Shown: in pieces, positions 59,995 to 64,000 of the stretch
Layout of the letters: each line of letters begins with the position of its first letter
How positions within the stretch are numbered: the first letter of the stretch is position 1
Source: Lingula anatina
Lineage: Eukaryota; Animalia; Brachiopoda
DNA length: 64,000 nucleotides
Assembly: GCA_051362555.1 (NCBI GenBank)
Contig: CM120641.1
Span: forward strand, 13,950,001-14,014,000
Direction: 5' to 3'
Made by a program: the position numbers and the translations under genes
The notes under the pieces: generated by a model
The model's input: only the letters and a program-made list of their open reading frames with translations
Databases searched by the model: none
Told to the model about the DNA's origin: nothing

Positions 59995-60336
59995 ATGACG
60001 AGAAACTTAAAACGTACTTCAGGAGAGTTTCACGTTAAAACATTTTATGATTGATCTATTTCAGCATAAATATTTTAAAATTTAGTCCTATTTTTTTTAA
60101 ATAGCTTGGGCAAATGTATTTACTCAAAATCTATATTTCAATTCTGTCTTACCAGTTTTTTCTCTTAGATCGCGCTTTGCTCTCCTTCTAATGGTTCTTA
60201 TAATTGGGTAATTGTGATCTTTAGCAATAAATTATTCTCTACAATGGGGGCCAGGCTGCTTTGTTGCAAAAAAGACACCGTGACTGAGACGGTTTGCTTT
60301 TTTAAAAAATGTAACAGAGGAATGATCACTGCACCT
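58997..60336. mobile_element. Possible non-autonomous Kolobok-like DNA transposon
   Basis: TTAA|aggagcaat ... actgcacct|TTAA: imperfect AGG-starting TIRs with TTAA flanks; no coding sequence. Confidence 0.4.
59932..59992. repeat. (TA)n microsatellite
   Basis: About 30 TA units. Confidence 0.95.
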
Positions 60337-63300
60337 TTAACCTTAGAGATATAAATTTTCTACTCTTCCCAAAGATGTCGACAGATTTTTGGACCAAAAT
60401 GGCGACTCTGGAGCCGGTGTCCTCGTGCGACAGGTTGCTGCAAGATGAGGACTGAAGATAACACGACTTGCCTGGGGACAAAGTCAAGCAGCCTTCAGAA
60501 CGACGTGATGACTAAAAATCAAGGGGAGATTGTCTTATTTTTAGACAGGAGAGAGAAAAGGATTAGATACAAGTCGTATTTTGTTTTTATTGAGTTAAAC
60601 TTCACTGGAGAGGCTGTCTGTTTCTATTTTACAGTGGTGATAGCATTCACTGTGCTTTGGCACAGAGGCAAGCGTTTGATGTTGGAATGAAGAATCCAAA
60701 GCTTCTTATATTAGCCTGCTTAAAGTACGGTTACTGAATAATTTTACTGGACAATTTAAATCAATGTCACGCATACGGCTGACTCGTTTTTTAGATCAAT
60801 AACAGTTCTTTTCACGGAAATAACAACCCAAAATTCCACTGTAGACTCCGCAATCCCGTCTTTGCATATTTCTCGATTCGACCTGTCATTGCTCCAACTT
60901 TATTGGATGGCAGCCCTCGCAAATTTGTCGGCAAAATATTTAGTCTTTTATGGTCTCATCAAAATCATCTACAAGATGTAGGAACGGAATTGCTTACATC
61001 TATAAGGAAATTCTGCCTGAGACTAAGCAATGCCTTCGATCTTAGATCTCTTTTGCCCGGGCTAGAGTCTCCGATGATTTATCGGGCCACTTATCATCCC
61101 TTACCACCATGTTCGTGGTGAAAAAAAGAGGAGAGAGGTGCCAAAGAGTCGGCCGCGCACCATGTAAACCGTCATCTCGGACTTTTTATGCCAAATAACA
61201 AATATTTTCTCAAATTTCAGTTACATCAACAGGAAAGAAAACCCTTCACTTCTGTGTGCCTTGGTATCCGCTCCATAATCATTACACCTTGTACCGATGT
61301 GTAACTTAAGTGCTAGACGGCTGAGGATGCGTATAGACTGATTTAATTACTATCGGTAATTTAACGCTCAATCACAAACCCAGAGATTTAAAGAATGTGA
61401 AAGCGAAATTATTTCAAAGGGAAAAGGCAGAGCAAAAGAGGTAGTCGTGGCAGCTTCTCTGCTCAAAGCATTTGTTTATATTCATATAACATATCCGCTA
61501 TATTTAAAACGTTATCTCAGCCAAGTTCTGTGACTTCAAAGAAATCAACTAAAGTCGAGGCAGACGACCAAAGTAAGCATCAGTGAAATATGATGTTAAT
61601 GCATGTCCCTGTACAACAAGAGGAGTCCTGCTGCATACTTTTGTTTTCGTAGTTACCAATAAAACTGCCACCACTTAGTATCGCTCACTGGAAATGATAT
61701 GCGTAGCAACTACGGTGGCATCCGTAAAATTGCCGTTTTCTCACGGTGTGAAATAATGTTATCAGATATTAAACTACTTAACTTGTCTCCCAGTCGGGGA
61801 CAACCTAGACCCTAGACAACTTGGCATGATCTTACTGTTAAGTTATATTAAAATAAAGCTGGGATGCACGCCATAGATTTCAGCATTATGCATAGCTTTT
61901 GCATTTTATTTTTGAAATCCAACAGCCTGGAGTTTCCACTATATGGAATATATCTGTCGACAAAGCTGTTTTCCTAACCAAGCAAAACAAAATAGCTTGT
62001 TTCCCATTGCTCATACACATTATATTATTAATATACCCCCCCCCCCCAAAAAAAAAAAAAATCGACCTTTAGCTTTCCATGTCATTTAAATACCGAAGTA
62101 AACAGAATTATTATTTGCAAACCCAAGATCACAAGCATTACTTATCCCATGTAACGTTATATTCAACACGAAATCGTTTGGCAAATTTTCATTTAATATT
62201 TTCTACATCTTGCGTTTCTGATAAACATTTTTGAATCCTACACAAACAAACAAGAGGTTTTTGCTTGCTTTCCCTGCGTTGTATAAAACACCAGTAAGCT
62301 TCAATAATATATCCTAAATTTCTTGTGTGGTCTGTGCACAGTCATCAGATCTCATTTTATATAAATGCTGGTACCTTTCCCGAGCATGGGGGTGCCATCC
62401 GCATTTGCGTTGAAGTGCTCTTGGGTCGTCAAGTTGTCCTAGAATCGATACATAGGGGCGGCTGGATGTTATTGTTGTCAAAGACGGGACATTATTCTTG
62501 GGAAATGACAGGATAATACGTGCACACTCACTCTTGGATGCACGCCTGTTTGTTGGGACGATAATCCATATTTAATCTTGATCATAATATATGCTCTTGC
62601 ATTATCACTAACACGACATGGTTTTCAATATGTGATAAAGACGTGTAATCAGCCAATGCGACGCAGTTAAATTTTCCGTGAAAAGATGTTTATTAACATT
62701 TTAATGCCTCTTTTCTCCAAAGAACTAAAGCTACACTAATATTGCCCAACATATGACAGCATTACCTCCATTCAGAAAAACTCCAGAGATTCAACACGCT
62801 TTAAACGTGTTCATGAACCTAAAATATCAGTTTTTTCCTCCTCGTGTACATATTAAGTCCTATTAAAGCACTTGCTAAATACAATATATATATACACACA
62901 AAACACCTAAATATATTCCAAGATATAATTTTCAGTGAGGTTCACAAAAGCACATCTAAACACGGTTAAATCATGAAAAATAATTGCCCTGTCGTTTTTA
63001 TACTTTCTTATTCTTTACATTAAAAAGCTCGTACATCTTTTTCAGTCATAATAAATAAAATATTCAATCTGTTCGGTTTCAAATAAGCGGAAAAAAATTA
63101 AAGGCAAATAAAAATGAACAAATCATAACATATATAATAATCTAACCACATTCTGCACAAGGGATTTTCTGCATAGCCGAGAATCCTTGGATCTTCAATT
63201 AATGTAGTTCAAAATTTTCGGATAAATCCTCACATTGAGAAAAACTAAAATTAAAGAAAAATTAATTTATGCCATCAAATACGTAAGAATTTATTAATGC

Positions 63301-64000
63301 GATTTATTGAAATCTTCTAATCCAGAAACAACACCAAAACATCGGTTTTCAATATCTGATTTAAGTATGCGTTTTGAAATAAACAAATCGGAAATTTGAG
63401 CGGTACATCAGTCGTGCGATTTTTTTAAAACTAAAGTTACTCCAATTGCACCAAAATATCAAAATGTATAATAAAAATACACAAGATGAATATCAAAACT
63501 TCAAAATGTAGATAATAAAATTAAACAAAACGGTTTCCAAAACGAAACTCTAATACATCTAACAAGTCTCTATGACAAGTGCACAATACGATTATGTCTA
63601 TAATGAGTAAATCATTTTGCTAAGTCTGTAATTAATGCACTTAGTGCATTTAATTGTATCTCTATCACGATAAAAGGAACATTTTGTTTGTCATGTGTAA
63701 TTGTTGTTTGTCGGGTGTAGATATCATATTCAAACAGATTATTGGCATTTTGAAAAAGTACTGTTTAGTCAAAATTGCACAAATCTTTTGTCTAATAATA
63801 TTTATAAAGCCACAGTACGAACTTACTAAAGCTTGTCGTTTAATAATGCTGCGATTATGAACAATAATAATTATAAGAGTCGTGTCTTTTTATACTGACA
63901 GTCTTTTAAATGTCATTAAATTGTTCATAAATTATAATGAGTTTTTCATTTCAACTTTTACTTCGGATGTTGTCGCTCCTTGACTGCTGGAGTTGGACGT

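Noticed and set aside
60395-60690. Possible first exon or promoter (CAAAATGGCG YY1-like motif, 81 aa ORF)
   Set aside because: No recognisable protein and no traceable downstream exons; insufficient support.
62374-62546. Exon-like GC-richer segment on the minus strand with AG/GT boundaries and one open frame
   Set aside because: Translation is unrecognisable and no partner exons could be linked; could be UTR or noise.

Overview
AT-rich, intron-containing animal (probably invertebrate) genomic DNA. Most of the window (8146-50317, minus strand) is one apparently intact polycystin-1-family gene. I traced it by hand as 44 phase-consistent exons, 11259 nt, about 3752 aa: signal peptide, WSC, PKD repeats, REJ, GAIN/GPS, PLAT, multi-TM channel-like region, coiled coil. 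Two of its introns carry cargo on the opposite strand. Intron 24 holds a tandem pair of intronless, signal-peptide and GPI-tail type GlpQ-like glycerophosphodiester phosphodiesterase genes; the second has a single in-frame TGA at a Gly codon. Intron 28 holds a 7.7 kb Ngaro-type tyrosine-recombinase retrotransposon with near-identical split direct repeats (A1...B1-A2-B2). Its gag/RT/RNaseH/YR ORFs are decayed, and a decayed SGNH hydrolase ORF lies upstream of gag. Several MITEs, a Helentron-type element nested in a MITE, microsatellites and a possible heavily decayed reelin-repeat-like pseudogene (about 53.6-55.9 kb) are also present. All calls come from manual reading; no searches were run.
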